A stretch of DNA of 64,000 nucleotides from Takakia lepidozioides (lineage: Eukaryota > Plantae > Bryophyta): positions 2,666,001 to 2,730,000 of the forward strand of contig CM060733.1 in NCBI GenBank assembly GCA_030704615.1, read 5' to 3'. Position numbers and translations under genes: made by a program. Each line of letters opens with the position of its first letter. The first letter of the stretch is position 1. This document shows positions 50,301-63,433 of this stretch, in pieces. The notes below the pieces were generated by a model. It did no database searches. It was not told where the DNA came from and worked only from the letters and a program-made list of their open reading frames with translations.

Positions 50301-53290
50301 CTAAGTCCCTGGACGGCAATAGGGCCTAGAACTGGAAAACGGCGCCGAATTTCCAGTTCGGGCCAGCCACACTAGGGACTTAGGCCGAAAATGGCTAAGT
50401 CCCTGAACGGCAATAGGGCCTAAAACTGGAATATGGCGCCGAATTTCCACTTCAGGGCCAGCCAGTCTAGGGACTTAGGCCGAAAATGGCTAAGTCCCTG
50501 AACGGCAATAGGGCCTGGAACTGGAAAATGGCGCCGAATTTCCAGTTCCGGGCCAGCCAGTCTAGGGACTTAGCCATTTTCGGAGCCCTGACTGGAAATT
50601 CGGCGCCATTTTCCCTAACACCACTTGAGGCCTCTAACATCCTGAAATGCCAGGACTTGAAAGAAAGGCAGCGCGTATGTACCTGTACAGAAGGCGCATT
50701 GCTGCTTTGTCCGCGTTCGGCTGGTCGGTGAACTCGTGGCTCCGGCGAGCATCTGCTATCTCCCGAAAGAATAGGTTGGTTTTGTAGAGCAGAAAGTACC
50801 TCGTCACATAGTCACGTAGGCTCTCTGCTGCAGGAGATATCTCCATCTTGAACTGATGTGCTTGTGTGTCCAGCTGCTCTTGCGCATTCGTCGTCACCTG
50901 TGGAGATTGTCCATCAGATCGCTTTCCTCAAAAAATACAATGAATCCACCCCCTACTAGAGTAGAAGCCCCAAACGAAGCGTGGGGAAGTACCTGAAACC
51001 ACCATGTCATGCGGTTCATCCACATGTCGAATGTGGGGTCAGAGAGTTTGTCCGGTTTGGGGAAGCTCCACATGTCCCTGGTACTTTGGGAACCATTCCA
51101 GATTTGGAGCCACCGGGTCTGTCCAACCACCCAGCATATTCGTAAGCGCCAAACACCACAAAAAGGAGTTGTTGCCACCACAATTTGGTTAAGAATGTAT
51201 CACCTTTTCTGTTGCATCCACACAGGATGTGGCTAGACGATGGAGCTTCTCCAATGTCATCGTGGGCTTCAGAGCGCGAGAGTAGTGCTTCCCCACCTCC
51301 ACCAGAAAGTCGGCACCAAGGGCGGGATCAGCTATGGCCACGTACTTTACCATCCGCGACTTGTACTTTATGCGGGCCCTCACCTCCGCAGCTTTGACAT
51401 ACGATTCGAGTTCCGGGAGGGTTGGATTCTTCTCCTCTGACTCCATGTAGAACCTCCGCGCATGTGCCAAATCCTGCTGTATTTTCGTCTGTCGAAAATG
51501 CGCACATAAGATTAGAGATCCTGCTCAACACAATTTCTTCTATTGGGGGAGGAGAGACAGATTAGCTCAACAAAACTGTCAGGAGCTTTACCCGAAATAT
51601 GTAGTCCACCATGGCGTCGACGCTCAGCCTATACCAGGTTCTGTCTGCCTTTGCCTCCGACTTGCGCAGGAGGTCGGCACTGAGGGAATTGGCAAACTCT
51701 TGCACCCCCTGCTTCCCGACATCCTTCACTCGGAAGAGCATATGGGACAAGTTGGTGGCAATGAAGGCATTCTCAGTCACCCTGCAGTGCCACATTTCCA
51801 TCAAACAATACTGAAATGGGAATTTTCATCATATATGAGGATTCGCAATGAAATGACTTCCAAATTCAAAGTCCAAAAGCGAGAGGGGTTGTAGCTTACG
51901 AGTTGATGTCGGCCATTGCAGCTTTGAGAAGACTGCGATCTTTGGGCCCCGCAACCTTCAGCACAACACAATCGACGGCGAAATGCCAATCGAGATCGTT
52001 GGGGTGGGCTTGGGCAATGTGCTCCATCCATGCCAGGAGGCGATGATTGCCGTCCCACACGTAGAACATCTTACCGGACATGTGCTGGAAAAGAGGATCA
52101 CTAGCAATCGATCTCTCGAACTCCTCATTTCGCGTTTGCCAATGGGGACCCCATTTGTCCACCTCATCGGAAGTGTGGGCACGGGAAGCTCCGTGGTCGT
52201 TCTCAATGGAAACGTAAAAGGCGGCAGACCCCATTCGATATCCATCCCGGAAAGAGAATTTCAGCTTGTCGATATCGCCTGGGAGGGCAGGTCTCACCAC
52301 CTGCAATGACACCAAGCGGCAAAGGGGAATTCGAAGCTTGGCCGGGTACACCATGCCCCCCAGCACCCTGCCAATGTTGCTGTGGGTTGCCTCCAACATC
52401 TTGGCAGCGGCCAACTTCATATCCGCCTCAGACATGACGTCTGCTGCAGAGGGGTTTTCCGGCAGCCCACCAGGACCGCCAAATCCAGCCTGTATGCTCC
52501 GGGTTTGGGGCCTGGGGATGTCCGGGAGGATGTCATCCTGGTCAGAAATCTCCATGTCGTCCTCCTCAACAGGGTCAGCCACCTGCGAAACCACCTCCAG
52601 CACTCTCGTCGTCTCTACTGCCCTCTCCCTGGCTTCACCTCGAACTTGCACAATCCGTGCTCTTTCAGGTGTTCTTTCCTCTCCTCCACTCTCCACCGTA
52701 TGGGTAATTGCGGGGGCTGCTCTTGCCCGCGATGGTCTAACCGGTGTGCTACTGCCTCTCTGTGGTGTCTTGTAGGGATCCACCGTCTCTGTGGGTCCCT
52801 CGCTTACATTGGCATCTGTCATTTGGGCACCCCTGGCCTCTTCAGCTGCCTTTTGTCTTTCCTCCTGGCTAGCATTCTGTCTCGTCTGTTCTTTTGCCCT
52901 CTCTTTTGCCCTCTCACGGGCTTTCTGTTTCTTACTAGGGCTAGCAGCAGGGGAGCCCTCCAGGACGACCACCTTTGATTGAGGCGAACTGACACCCTCG
53001 CGCGCACTGCTCACTCCCCCCTCCGCAGCCCGTGACTGCTCTCTCGCCGGGGATTGCATGTGCTTAGCTTTCTTCTTTTTCTTTGCGTGGGCGGGCCCTA
53101 CTGCATGTGCATGAACAACCTCCATTGCCGGATCTGCTGTCCTCATGTCCTCACGCCCTTCACCTGCCATGCCGCCTGCACCAACCTCCCCAATGCCTAC
53201 TCTGTCGTAATCTCGTTGCAAGTCCTCCCGTCCACCAACAAAAGGTTTAAGTTTGCCCTCTCGCCCCAAGTTGGGCGATTCAAACATGCG
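47351..53290 (-). CDS. ParB-like + N4/N6 methyltransferase-like cargo gene, copy 2
   Basis: Exon 1 is open (ORF 51896-53317 with FYVWDGNHRLLAW). MTase motifs lie at ~48070-48840. Confidence 0.72.
49725..50615. repeat. ~95-bp tandem repeat (~9 units) in a predicted intron of the cargo gene
   Basis: GGCTAAGTCCCT recurs at ~49729, 49823, 49919, 50013, 50109, 50203, 50299, 50393 and 50488. Copy 1 has only ~2-3 units (40120-40340). Confidence 0.92.
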
Positions 53291-54059
53291 ATGAGTTGGA
53301 GCTGTCGATGATACCACCAGCGTGCCGGGCTCGTCGTCACTCTGTCATTGACAAAAATCGTGAAAACCAACATCGGTGCAAAAAGCAGCATCGCAACGAG
53401 CAGCGCAACCACCATAGCAACAATCATGTAGCAAAAATGAAAACATAACAAGTTTAGGAAGTATGGAGAGCCATGCAACAACAATGAAAACAAATGCAAC
53501 CATTGCCTAAGAATGACATGCACAAGCAGCCTTCTCCAGAGCTGCCGGATTTGCACACGCATTGCAAACAATCTAAGGTTCACTCAACTATCTAAAGTTC
53601 ACTCATACAGCAAAGCCAGGATGAAGATGCAAAAACAAAGCGAGGTAACAAAGCGAAAGCAAAAAATAAATCGAACAAACCGAAAGCAGAAGTGGCTTGC
53701 CTGAGAGTACTCGGCTTCAGTTGGCGCAGGTTGTGAGCAAGACACTGGAATCTCCTGCTGGAGCTTCAGTTTGGCCATGCGAGAGATTGGCCGTCGTCCG
53801 TAGTACAGAGCTTTCAACTTCCGCCGCGGTCTGGATGTGAGGTCTCTCTCAGGAGAGCCACGCCCTTCAGGCGGCATAAGTCCCAGCCAAAAAGATCTCC
53901 TTTTTTGGGGTACATGCCTGGAATACCATGTTAAGCCAAGTTTAGCATGAGATTTAGGGTACGTGTCCAGGAAGCCATGCGTCGCCAGCCCGAATAATAA
54001 CCGACGGCCGTCGACATTTATTGCCCAACTGCGCAATTAAATGTCGGATGAAGCCCTCC

Positions 54060-55970
54060 ATGTCGGATGAAAATCGACGTAAACAGTCCCGGAATTTCCA
54101 ACGTAGAGGTAATTCGGAGCGCTGCACGATGGAATTCCGGCGCCGGATTTCCATCCTGCAGGTAATTCGGAGCGCAGCAGGATGGATATTCGGCGCCGAA
54201 TTTCCATCCGCGGAGTTAGGGCGGCGCCAGAAATTTCCCTCACGCAGGTAATTCGGAAGCGCGCGGATGGAAATCCGGCGCCGAATTTCCATCCGCGGAG
54301 GTAGGGCGGCGGTGGAAATTTCCCTCACGCAGGTAATTCGGAAGCGCGCGGATGGAAATCCGGCGCCGAATTTCCATCCGCGGAGTTAGGGCGGCGCCGG
54401 AAATTTCCCTCACGCAGGTAATTCGGAAGCGCGCGGATGGAAATCCGGCGCCGAATTTCCATCCGCGGAGGTAGGGCGGCGGTGGAAATTTCCCTCATGC
54501 AGGTAATTCGGAAGCGCGCGGATGGAAATCCGGCGCCGAATTTCAATCCGCGGAGTTAGGGCGGTGCCGGAAATTTCCCTCACGCAGGTAATTCGGAAGC
54601 GCGCGGATGGAAATCCGGCGCCGAATTTCCATCCGCGCAGGTAGGGCGGTGCGCCAAATTTCCCTCAAGCAGGTAATTCGGCGCCGAATTTCCCTCCTGC
54701 AGGTAAGTGGAATCCCGGATGAATGGAAATTCGGCGCCGAATTTCCATCCAGCAGGTAAGTGGAATCCCGCATAAATGGAAATTCGGCGCCGAATTTCCA
54801 TCCTGCAGGTAATTCGAATCGGTGCAAATGGATATTCGGCGCCGAATTTCCATTCGCCATGTATTTCTGAGCGTGGAATTACCTTCGTGCAGGTAATTCC
54901 CAGATGAGAATTACCTTCGTGCAGGTAATTCCCAGATAAGAATTACCTTCTTGCAGGTAATTTCCAGATGAGAATTACCTTCGTGCAGGTAATTCCGAGA
55001 TGAGAATTACCTTCGTGCAGGTAATTCTGGACGCGGAATTCACATCGAATGGAATTACCTGCAGGAAGGTAATTCTCATCTGGGAATTACCTGCAAGAAG
55101 GTAATTCCTGGCTCAGAAATACATGGCGAATGGAAATTCGGCGCCGAATATCCATACGGCACCGATCCGACCTACCTGCTGGATGGAAATTCGGCGCCGA
55201 ATTTCCATTCATCCGGTATTCGAATTACCTGCAGGATGGAAATTCGGCGCCGAATCTCCATCCATCCGAGATTCCACTTACCTGCAGGATGGAAATTCGG
55301 CGCCGAATTTCCATCCGGGGGATGGTCTCTGTCGGAGAGGTGCCGCCTCTTTGCCGCTCTGTTGGATATTCGGTGCCGAATTTCCGTCCCGGGGGTTGAA
55401 ATATGACGGCCAGGTGCCGACCTCTCCCTTCTCCCCGACTGCATTGGAACGGCCCCGAATTGAAATTCGGCGCCGTTTTCCCATCTGTGGAAGTTTTATG
55501 TCGGCCAGTTTTCGGTCTGACCCCCCGACAAGACTTCCTTTGGGGGGGCCCGGATGGAAATTCGGCGCCGAATCTCCGTCCAGGGGATGTTCTCTGTCGC
55601 ACACTCGCCGGCCTCTGCGCCCGAGGCGACTTCATCCGGGCCCCTGTTCGATATTCGGTGCCGAATTTCCGTCCGGGGGTTGAAATGTGACGGCCAAGTG
55701 AGGCCACTCCCCCCTCCCCGACTGCATCCGAACCGCCCGGATGGAAATTCGGCGCCGTTTTTCCATCTGGGGATGTTTTTATGCCGTCCAGTTTTCGGCC
55801 TGACCCCCCGACACGACTCCCTTTGGGGGGCCCGGATGGAAATTCGGCGCCGAATCTCCATCCAGGGGATCATCCAGGGGATGTTCTCTGTCGCACACAC
55901 TCCGGCCTCTGCGCCCGAGGCGACTTCATCCGGGCTTCCTCTGTTGGATATTGGGTGCCGAATTTCCATT
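54060..55970. repeat. Intergenic palindrome array (85-bp tandem units, central inverted repeat) of MULE copy 2
   Basis: 85-bp period at 54236, 54321, 54406, 54491 and 54576. Perfect 44-bp inverted repeat at 54829-54872 / 55111-55154. Confidence 0.92.
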
Positions 55971-56272
55971 CGGGGGTAGTAATGTGACGGCACGGTGCCG
56001 GCTTCTCCCCTTCAGCCGTCATCATCCGGACGGCCCCCCACTTTCTGACTGCATACCGTTGGCAGTTATTGCGCAAAGACCAGGGGCCGCATTCCGGAGA
56101 CAAGGTTCATTAACACTCTGACTGTGGATTTTTGAGATAGTTGGCTCCCTGGATTTGGATCAGGCTTCGTCGCTCGGACAAATCGGCATCGCATTCATTC
56201 CCATCGCTGCACCCCCTTCTACCAGGGAGCTTCCCCGCACGCCATCCTGGCAGTCTTGTGTGCACATCTCCC

Positions 56273-59200
56273 ATGGCGGAAAACCCGAGCGCTACAGTGT
56301 ACTGCCCTCCTCACGAGCATAGAGCTTCATTTCCGTGCAGAGGGGACACCTGCCGGGTGATGGAGAAATATCTGTGCGTTCGATACCACCTGAAACCGGG
56401 GTCGGTTTTTTTTGGAGGAGGAAAGGAAGGACTCAAACGGCCTTGTTGTCGAGAGTATTGTTGTGCTCCACGATGATTTCGGCGATGGCAGGGAATGGCG
56501 AGTTCCACCATCGGACAGCGTCATATACAGGGCTGTTGGGGACTTCATTTGCCCGCCAAATGCACCGTCTATCCTGGCGCCTTCCACGAAACAATCCGCG
56601 AATCAGAGAGTGGGTACCTCAAAGAGAGAAGTCCGCAACGAAGTAAATCCAGAGCCGAACCCATCCATGAAGACGACCGAGAACCGGGTTGTTCACAACC
56701 TGTCCGACTCAGACGAGGTCATGGAAGTTCCGAGGTCGTCCTGGAGATCAGGCAAGTCCTCAATGGACGTCAGTGGAGGAGGGAGTCATATTCCCAGCAC
56801 GAGCACCGCAGTTCGATCTATTCTAGAAATTCTGCGAGGGCTTCACCTGGAGGGACACCGGTCGGAGCTGGCCGGGCTGGACTACAGCAAGTTCGCAATT
56901 AAATCGGTTACATGCCTTCCCGCCGACGTCGACGGTAATATCTTCTTTGAGTTCCCTCCTCGGGCGGACTACTCGAGGGCGTCCGGAATGTTGACAGATA
57001 TGGATAGAAAACATGACGGTCATCCTTGGTGCGTTACCAAAACCACCAGCATGAAGATGCTTGATGGTGTGCGGGTGCGCTACGTTGTTTGTGCGGGCGC
57101 GTTGCGGTGTTTCTCCCCAACTTGCTTCCACTTTAAATCCAGAGGTCACAGGAACGAGACCGATTGGACAGGCACAGCTCACCAACCATTTCGAGCTCAG
57201 GAGAAGGTTCCGAACTCCACATTTAAGTGTGCGCATTGCAAAGAACCACCACACTGCATGTCTGTTTGTAATGCCAAGCAGTTCTATGTGTTGCACCGTT
57301 TCCCTGACCTCACCCGAGCTTGCATACACGTTGGTTCCCATTGTCACAAATTGGCGAGGGGGAACTCGCGGGAGGCTGCCCACGAAGCAGAGCAGCTCGT
57401 TCAGGAGGAGGTTAAGTTGAGACCGGGTGCCAAACCCAAACAGATACAGCTCCAAGCCGCCCATAAGATGGCATTGGCCAGAATTATGTCGGAAGACGGC
57501 TCCGATAGAGTTCCTCTCGACGAGAAGGAAATGGAGGCATTGCTGGAGTCGGTGTCCCACGTATGTTCACCGAATGTCCGAAACCACATTGTCTCATGCA
57601 AACAGAAAATTGGGCGTGGCTCGGATATGCACTCCATTCTGGAGGTGAAGCGACGATGTGGATATGACTACATTCATGGAAGTAGGTTTCCAGGACAAGG
57701 GACTGAGGCAGATCGTTGTTTCGTATTCAAAATGTCCACGTGTGGACCTGGCAGTGGCGTCGAACTGGTCGACAGGATGACGAGTGGGAACTTGTCAAAC
57801 AGTTGGGTCATGTTCGACCATATCAAGCGAATTACAAATCACCAGTGGGTGACAATGGGTGCACATGTCTACGACACCCACTGCAGGATGCTAATGACAA
57901 TTGCTATTTGTGAGATGAAAGGAGAGGACACACAATCGGAGATGCTTCTTTGGCAGGGAATAAACGAACAGATGGCCAAGGCGGGATTGCCCCCTCCCAA
58001 TTTCCGTGGTTTCATGGCGGACAACGCACAAGCAAATTGGGCTGCCATCCGAAGGGTGTACGGGCAAGACCCCAATGTTCCCATGGAAGGCAAGGAGAGA
58101 TCTTGTGGGTTCCATTTTCTGCAGAGCCTTTCGCAGTACACAACCAGGCTCGTGGCGCCAGATTTCAGAGAGGAGCACCGTTCCATGTGCCTTGCGTGGA
58201 AGCGCGCTCCCACCTTGGATGATGCAGAGACACAGTTTGCATGCATACGGGCTTGGTGGACATCGTCAGGTGCTGTAAGGAAATCAGACAAGGAGCAATG
58301 GTCAGTTGGCTAGCATGGTGGCATTATCGTTTCCTCCAGTTCGGCGACTATATGCGGGAGGTGAGTTGCACGAATTCGCGTCCCGTTGGATATTATTCTT
58401 GGCCATATTTGTAACTTGCTTGTAACCTCAACATGTGCTTGTGCAGGAAATGTGTCTCGTGCACCGACTGACATGGCCGAATCAGTGCATCTGCATGGAC
58501 ATCCTCACTGCCACAACGGAGGACATTGTGAGGTCAATTATGCAGCAATGCAGGTACAACGAGTTCTTGAAAGGGAAACAGTGGGGCTTGGGGCCGGACA
58601 GGCAGGAAATGCTGATGCGGACTGCCTCCAGATCGAAGAATCCTCGGAAGTGGGCGGCGGCTTTGCGAGAGGGCCTTCGGGACACGCCATTGCTGCGAAG
58701 AGGCCAACATTTGGAAGGAGATGTTCATACCCGTCCGTGAGACGAAGACTTGACGAGGCACCTGGCGGAGAAGAGGATTCATGGCGAGCTGACAAGAATA
58801 TTCGCACGCTCCCTCGTGGTCCGGTGATGTTGTCCGAGGAGGTCTCGTCGAGCACCGGAAGTCCTGCACGTTCAAGATCGCCATCTCCTTTGAGCACAGG
58901 GCGCGTGCCCCGGCAACATAACGAGCCATCTGTAGTAAAGCAATACAACATTCCCATTGTGGAGACAAGAGTGTCGGAGTCACAGTGGAGAATTGCGAGG
59001 ACATTGCCGGCATTTCGAGGGAAGTGTTGCGCCATCCGGGTGAATACGAGAGCACGCTGTGGTGAGATGATTCGGAGGAACCCACACGGTGCTGTACCTG
59101 CACCTTGTTTCAGCGGCAGATTTTTGACTCCCACATTTGCTCACGCCACAACGCAGACATTTTGGTTCTGTAGGCACGACATAATGACCTGTGTATTTGC

Positions 59201-59818
59201 AAGCCCAAGTACGGGATTCAGGGAATGCCGGAGCCTCCGGGCGTCTGGCCTGTTGCACCGGGTTGCAGCCTCTCTCAGAATGAGGCGGATGCTCTATCTG
59301 CAGCAGGATTTCGAATGGTGCAACGCACAGACATCCCGGCCCACGCATTTCCGGTTCCTCAGACCCAGCCATTGCAGACTGCTCGGTCCAGTAGAGACGG
59401 ATTGGACAATTCTGCACATCCCACAATGCGATTCGGAAGAGTGAAGAGACGACACCCTCCCAACAAGTTGAATGAGACTCGGATTGCCAATGCTCTTGGG
59501 ATGGCTTGCACTATTCAGAGCTCCGTGGACGTACCCCCACCCGGCCTTGGGCGTGTGTATCGGATGGCAACGGCCGGCTCGGCTGTACGCGACGATGTAT
59601 ACACAATTACGATTGGAGTGGAGCCGACTTGCAACTGTACGGACTTCTCGTTGATGGAAGCAAAGAAGGGTTCGAAGTATTATCCGTGCAAGCATCTGTA
59701 TTACATTTACCTGAAGAGGTTGAGGATGAACGTGACTATTGATGACTTTATTCATGCACCGGCGTTGAGCGTGAACGAGCTGCACAAACTCCTCCTTAGG
59801 GATTCCAGAAATCATTGA
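56273..59818 (+). CDS. GCM-MULE-SWIM transposase, copy 2 (frameshifts, small deletions around the AESVH motif)
   Basis: 633-aa open segment at 56412-58313 and SWIM in 59225-59818; same motifs as copy 1. Confidence 0.85.
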
Positions 59819-62499
59819 TGGGGCAAACGGAATCCTCCATATGGATATTTTCAAATGCATTTTGCTGTATCAGACTTTTTTTTTGCAGTGTAATGAAATG
59901 CACCCCAAAACTCCTGGAATGAGGCAATATTCCATTCAAACTGAGATCCAACAGAAGCAGTTGTGGGGCCATTTCTGGAAAAATGGCGCCGAATTTCTCT
60001 TTTTGGGGCCGAAAACTCGCTAAGTCCCAACATGCACTGGTACCTGTGTTTGGGAAAATGGCGCCGAATTTCTCTTTTTGGGGCCGAAAACTGGCTAAGT
60101 CCCAACATGCACTGGTACCGTGTCTGGAAAAATGGCGCCGAATTTCTCTTTTTTGGGCCGAAAACTGGCTAAGTCCGAACATGCACTGGAAAAATGGCGC
60201 CAAATTACCTGTCATGAGGGGACCTATAGCCGCGGAATTCGGCACCATTTTTCGCCAGACAGACCTATTGCCGCGAAATACGTCGCCGTTTTTTCAGGTT
60301 ACGGACCCTATTACCGCGAAATTCGGCGCCATATTTGCACATGTCGCTGGGAATTGGCATGAGCGGAAGACGAAATTTCATGAGCACAACTGTCAAAAGT
60401 GCAATTTTCCCTTCAAGGGGCCGAATAATATATTTGTTTTTCCTGACACATTGCATTAAATTATTGTTTTTTATTGTTTTTTATTTTCGAAATTTGTACT
60501 TCTGCTCATGAAAACCGATTGTGTTACTACTCTGCTCATGCCGCTCATGCCGCTCATGCCGCTCATGCTCATGAAATAGCAAACCTCGTTTGTAAGCAGT
60601 GGGCAGCGATGGTGGGCTGTTGTAGGATTTGATGAACACAATGCCGTGTACTGACCACAACCCCTCATCTCTTATGCAAGCATTCAACAAACCAAGTTGA
60701 CTGCAGAGCATATTCAGCCCCCCACGTTTCTAGTTGCCTAATGTTCTTCATCTCCTGGGCAGAGCATTTTCCAGGGTCTCCATCTGTGATGACACACTAT
60801 CTTCTCATGTGGTTCAGCTTCTGGTCTTGCTCTTGTTTGCACCACCCCAATGAAGGGCAGTTCCCACCTGCTTGATTCTCTCTATATGGTTGTCTTGGGT
60901 CTTGGCAGGGTTTCCCACAACCGCCTTTCCTTTTCAGACTGCCAGTCATCAGCCTCGTTCTCCAATGCTTCACTTTCTTCCCAAGTGAAGTGCTCTCCTC
61001 TTTTATGCTTCAACGTCCCTGCAGGTGTCTTTTCCTTCATCTCCCGTGGTGCTTTCGAATGAATGAGCATTGATTTACATCTGTTGGCAACACTTACGGT
61101 GTCCCTTTCCTTGCATGCCACTGCAAGCCCGCATTGACTTTCTTGGCAGGGAAGTCTCCTCCTTCTCCCTCATTTTCTGGCTCTGTTGGTGCCCCACTCA
61201 CCATGCTATCAGGGCTGCACTTATTTTGTGGTGTTGCGCCAGCCAAGGGCGATCTTTCACTGGTCCGATTGTTGGCAACAGCTGATTGGAGTCTTCTTGG
61301 TAGAGTCTCCCACGAGCTCCCATCAATTTCAGGCATCAGGTTTTCTACCCTGCCCTTCCACTTTTCATAAGCGAGGTGCCTGTCTTCCTCCCTTTCACTC
61401 TCAGGCAGATTTTTCTTCATGCGATTGCTGCTCCCATACTTCCAGTCCTTGTTTAATTTTCTCCAGCCATCACCCTCAGATTTGACAAGGTATTGCTGCC
61501 CTTCCTTGTGTCTTTCCTCACTCCCAGCTGCTGGTTTTATCCCAGATTCACCTCTCATCCTTGCCTGGGGTTTTGCTTGCCAAACAGCCCTTGTGTGGGG
61601 AACTTCAACGAAAGGCAACATCTCATTCTCAGCTCCTGTCTTTGTACCTCTTTGCAGCAGTCCAGCCTCGGGTGCCTCACTTTCTGATTGCTGGGTTGCA
61701 TTCTTCGCCGCCAACCTTTGACAAGAAAGTGTGCTCCATTTTCCTCATCTCCTACTGGTTCCCTTGATGCTTCACCTCGTATGTCTTCCTCCTCATATTT
61801 TAGCAGTTGATCTTGTGCTTTCCTTTTTCTCCGTAGCCTAATCAACAGTTTTGTCTTGGCAGCTCCCTTGCCATGAGTGCCTTGTCTCACTGCATCTCCC
61901 TTGGCTGCCCACCATCCGTGGAGTCTTTCTTGCACTATTCTGACCCTCGTTGGCATGCACTTTGCTGCGATGCCCCACATGTATTTGCTGCTCCCTTTAA
62001 TCATCAACATAGTGCTCCAGAGCCAGTTCCTCATTGTTGACCAGTTGACCTTCTCAGCCCTTGGACCCCATTTTCCCTTCTCCCATGTTGCCTCGTCTTT
62101 CTGCTTCATCGTTTGCTTTACTTGCACGATGTTGCTTCTTCCCTACAGCTCATCATGTGTTGTGGCTCTTTCCCATGTTGCACTCACTCCCATCATACGT
62201 TGTGCAGTTGATAAGACTGAGATGAGTTGATGCAGGATAGGGGGAGGGCTTGCTGGTGTATGTTGTCCGATAGGCCCCATGCACAGAGTCAAAGCTGGAA
62301 GTCAGCCTTGCAAGGACCCAAGTGAGAGAAGTCTGGTGGGGGTAGCATCTTGGGGGATGGCAGTTAGGGCAATGTGTGTCTAGGGCAATATATGTCATAG
62401 CAGCGGGTGATGTGCTGCCAATTTTGAGGATAGAGACAGCCTGTAAGCTGTAGATTTGTATAAGTGGTTTCTTCTGACACATATTGCTCCGTTTGCCAC

Positions 62500-62655
62500 A
62501 ACCAATTGTTTGCGTTTGTAGTGCATGTGCGAGCCTGCTGGGGAAGGGCAAAGAGGTCCATGGTTGCATCGTCAAAGCTGGAATTGTGGCAGATGTCATT
62601 CTGAATAATACCCTTGTGGACAGGGAGTGTTCAACAATATGGCTGAGCGAAGGAT
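62500..62655 (+). pseudogene. PPR fragment in Pack-CACTA copy 2
   Basis: Reverse-complement copy of 20664-20830. Confidence 0.75.
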
Positions 62656-63433
62656 AGAGTGTAATGACTGCTAATGAAGGCACCTTCTTCAATTTCACCT
62701 TGTTTTCCCCTCTTATCAGAATCGCCCCTAATTATTCATGTCTGAATTCTGCAAGTTAGCTGGTTGAGTGAAGCTTTGATAGTTTGGAGTGACTTTGACA
62801 TGATTCTGCCAATGTGACAACAGGAAAGTATCAAAAACAGGTAACACAGACGAGGAGAAGTTGTGGAATGAATGTTTTTCTGACCCCAGTCAATGGTGGG
62901 ACAATCGAGGCAAAATGGTGAATGTTTGTTGGATTATAGAGAGTAGCAGATGCAATTGAGTGTAGGAACTAGTGTGATAAGTTGAGTTGGGTGCTTCCTA
63001 GAACAAGTCTAGGCTGTCATTGTCAACTGCTAGCAACAAGGCAAGGTTGTATGCATGATTCGTGCGAGGCATGGATAGTTGAAGGAGCAAGGATAGAGTG
63101 TGGGTGCAGATTCACCCAAGAGGGCCAGACTTCAAGCTCCAGATTAACTATGAAGCTACAAGAAACCTGCATGGGTAGATGGTCAACTGGCAGCAACGGC
63201 ACAATTGATAAAATCAGACATTGTTAATGAAGGCATCTTCTTCAGCACATTTCACCCTGTTTTTCCCTCTTATTAGAATCGGTCCAAAATTTCCATGTTG
63301 AATTATGCAAGTTAACTGGTTGAGTGAATCTAGTTTGGAGTGACTTTGACATGATACTGCTATGTGACAACAGGAAAGTATCAAAAAACAAGTAACAGAC
63401 ATGAGGAGAAGCTGTGGAATGAATGCTTTTCTG

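Larger units (their letters stand above)
47130..60587. mobile_element. MULE copy 2 (inverted relative to copy 1)
   Basis: Same termini, GGGGGCTGCTATTTCATGA ... TCATGAAATAGCAAACCTC, and near-identical internal sequence. No TSD, because of a flanking deletion. Confidence 0.9.
46311..63433. mobile_element. Pack-CACTA copy 2 (inverted relative to copy 1; contains MULE copy 2; distal end not seen)
   Basis: Starts CACTAGAAGCATTCGTGTC. 46311-47125 is the reverse complement of ~24327-25145, and 60588-63433 is the reverse complement of ~19887-22763. Confidence 0.88.

Noticed and set aside
49725-55970. CRISPR-like palindromic repeat arrays
   Set aside because: The sequence between repeats is itself repeated (no unique spacers), there are no cas genes, and the context is a eukaryotic TE.
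30720-60587. Bacterial/phage contamination as the source of the ParB-MTase gene
   Set aside because: The gene has spliceosomal-type introns and lies within TIR-bounded elements nested in plant TEs.
19887-63433. Apparent giant inverted segmental duplication (19.9-25.1 kb and 30.7-43.0 kb vs 46.3-63.4 kb)
   Set aside because: The matches end at TE termini or insertion junctions and the nesting differs between the two sides. Independent CACTA and MULE copies in opposite orientation explain it.
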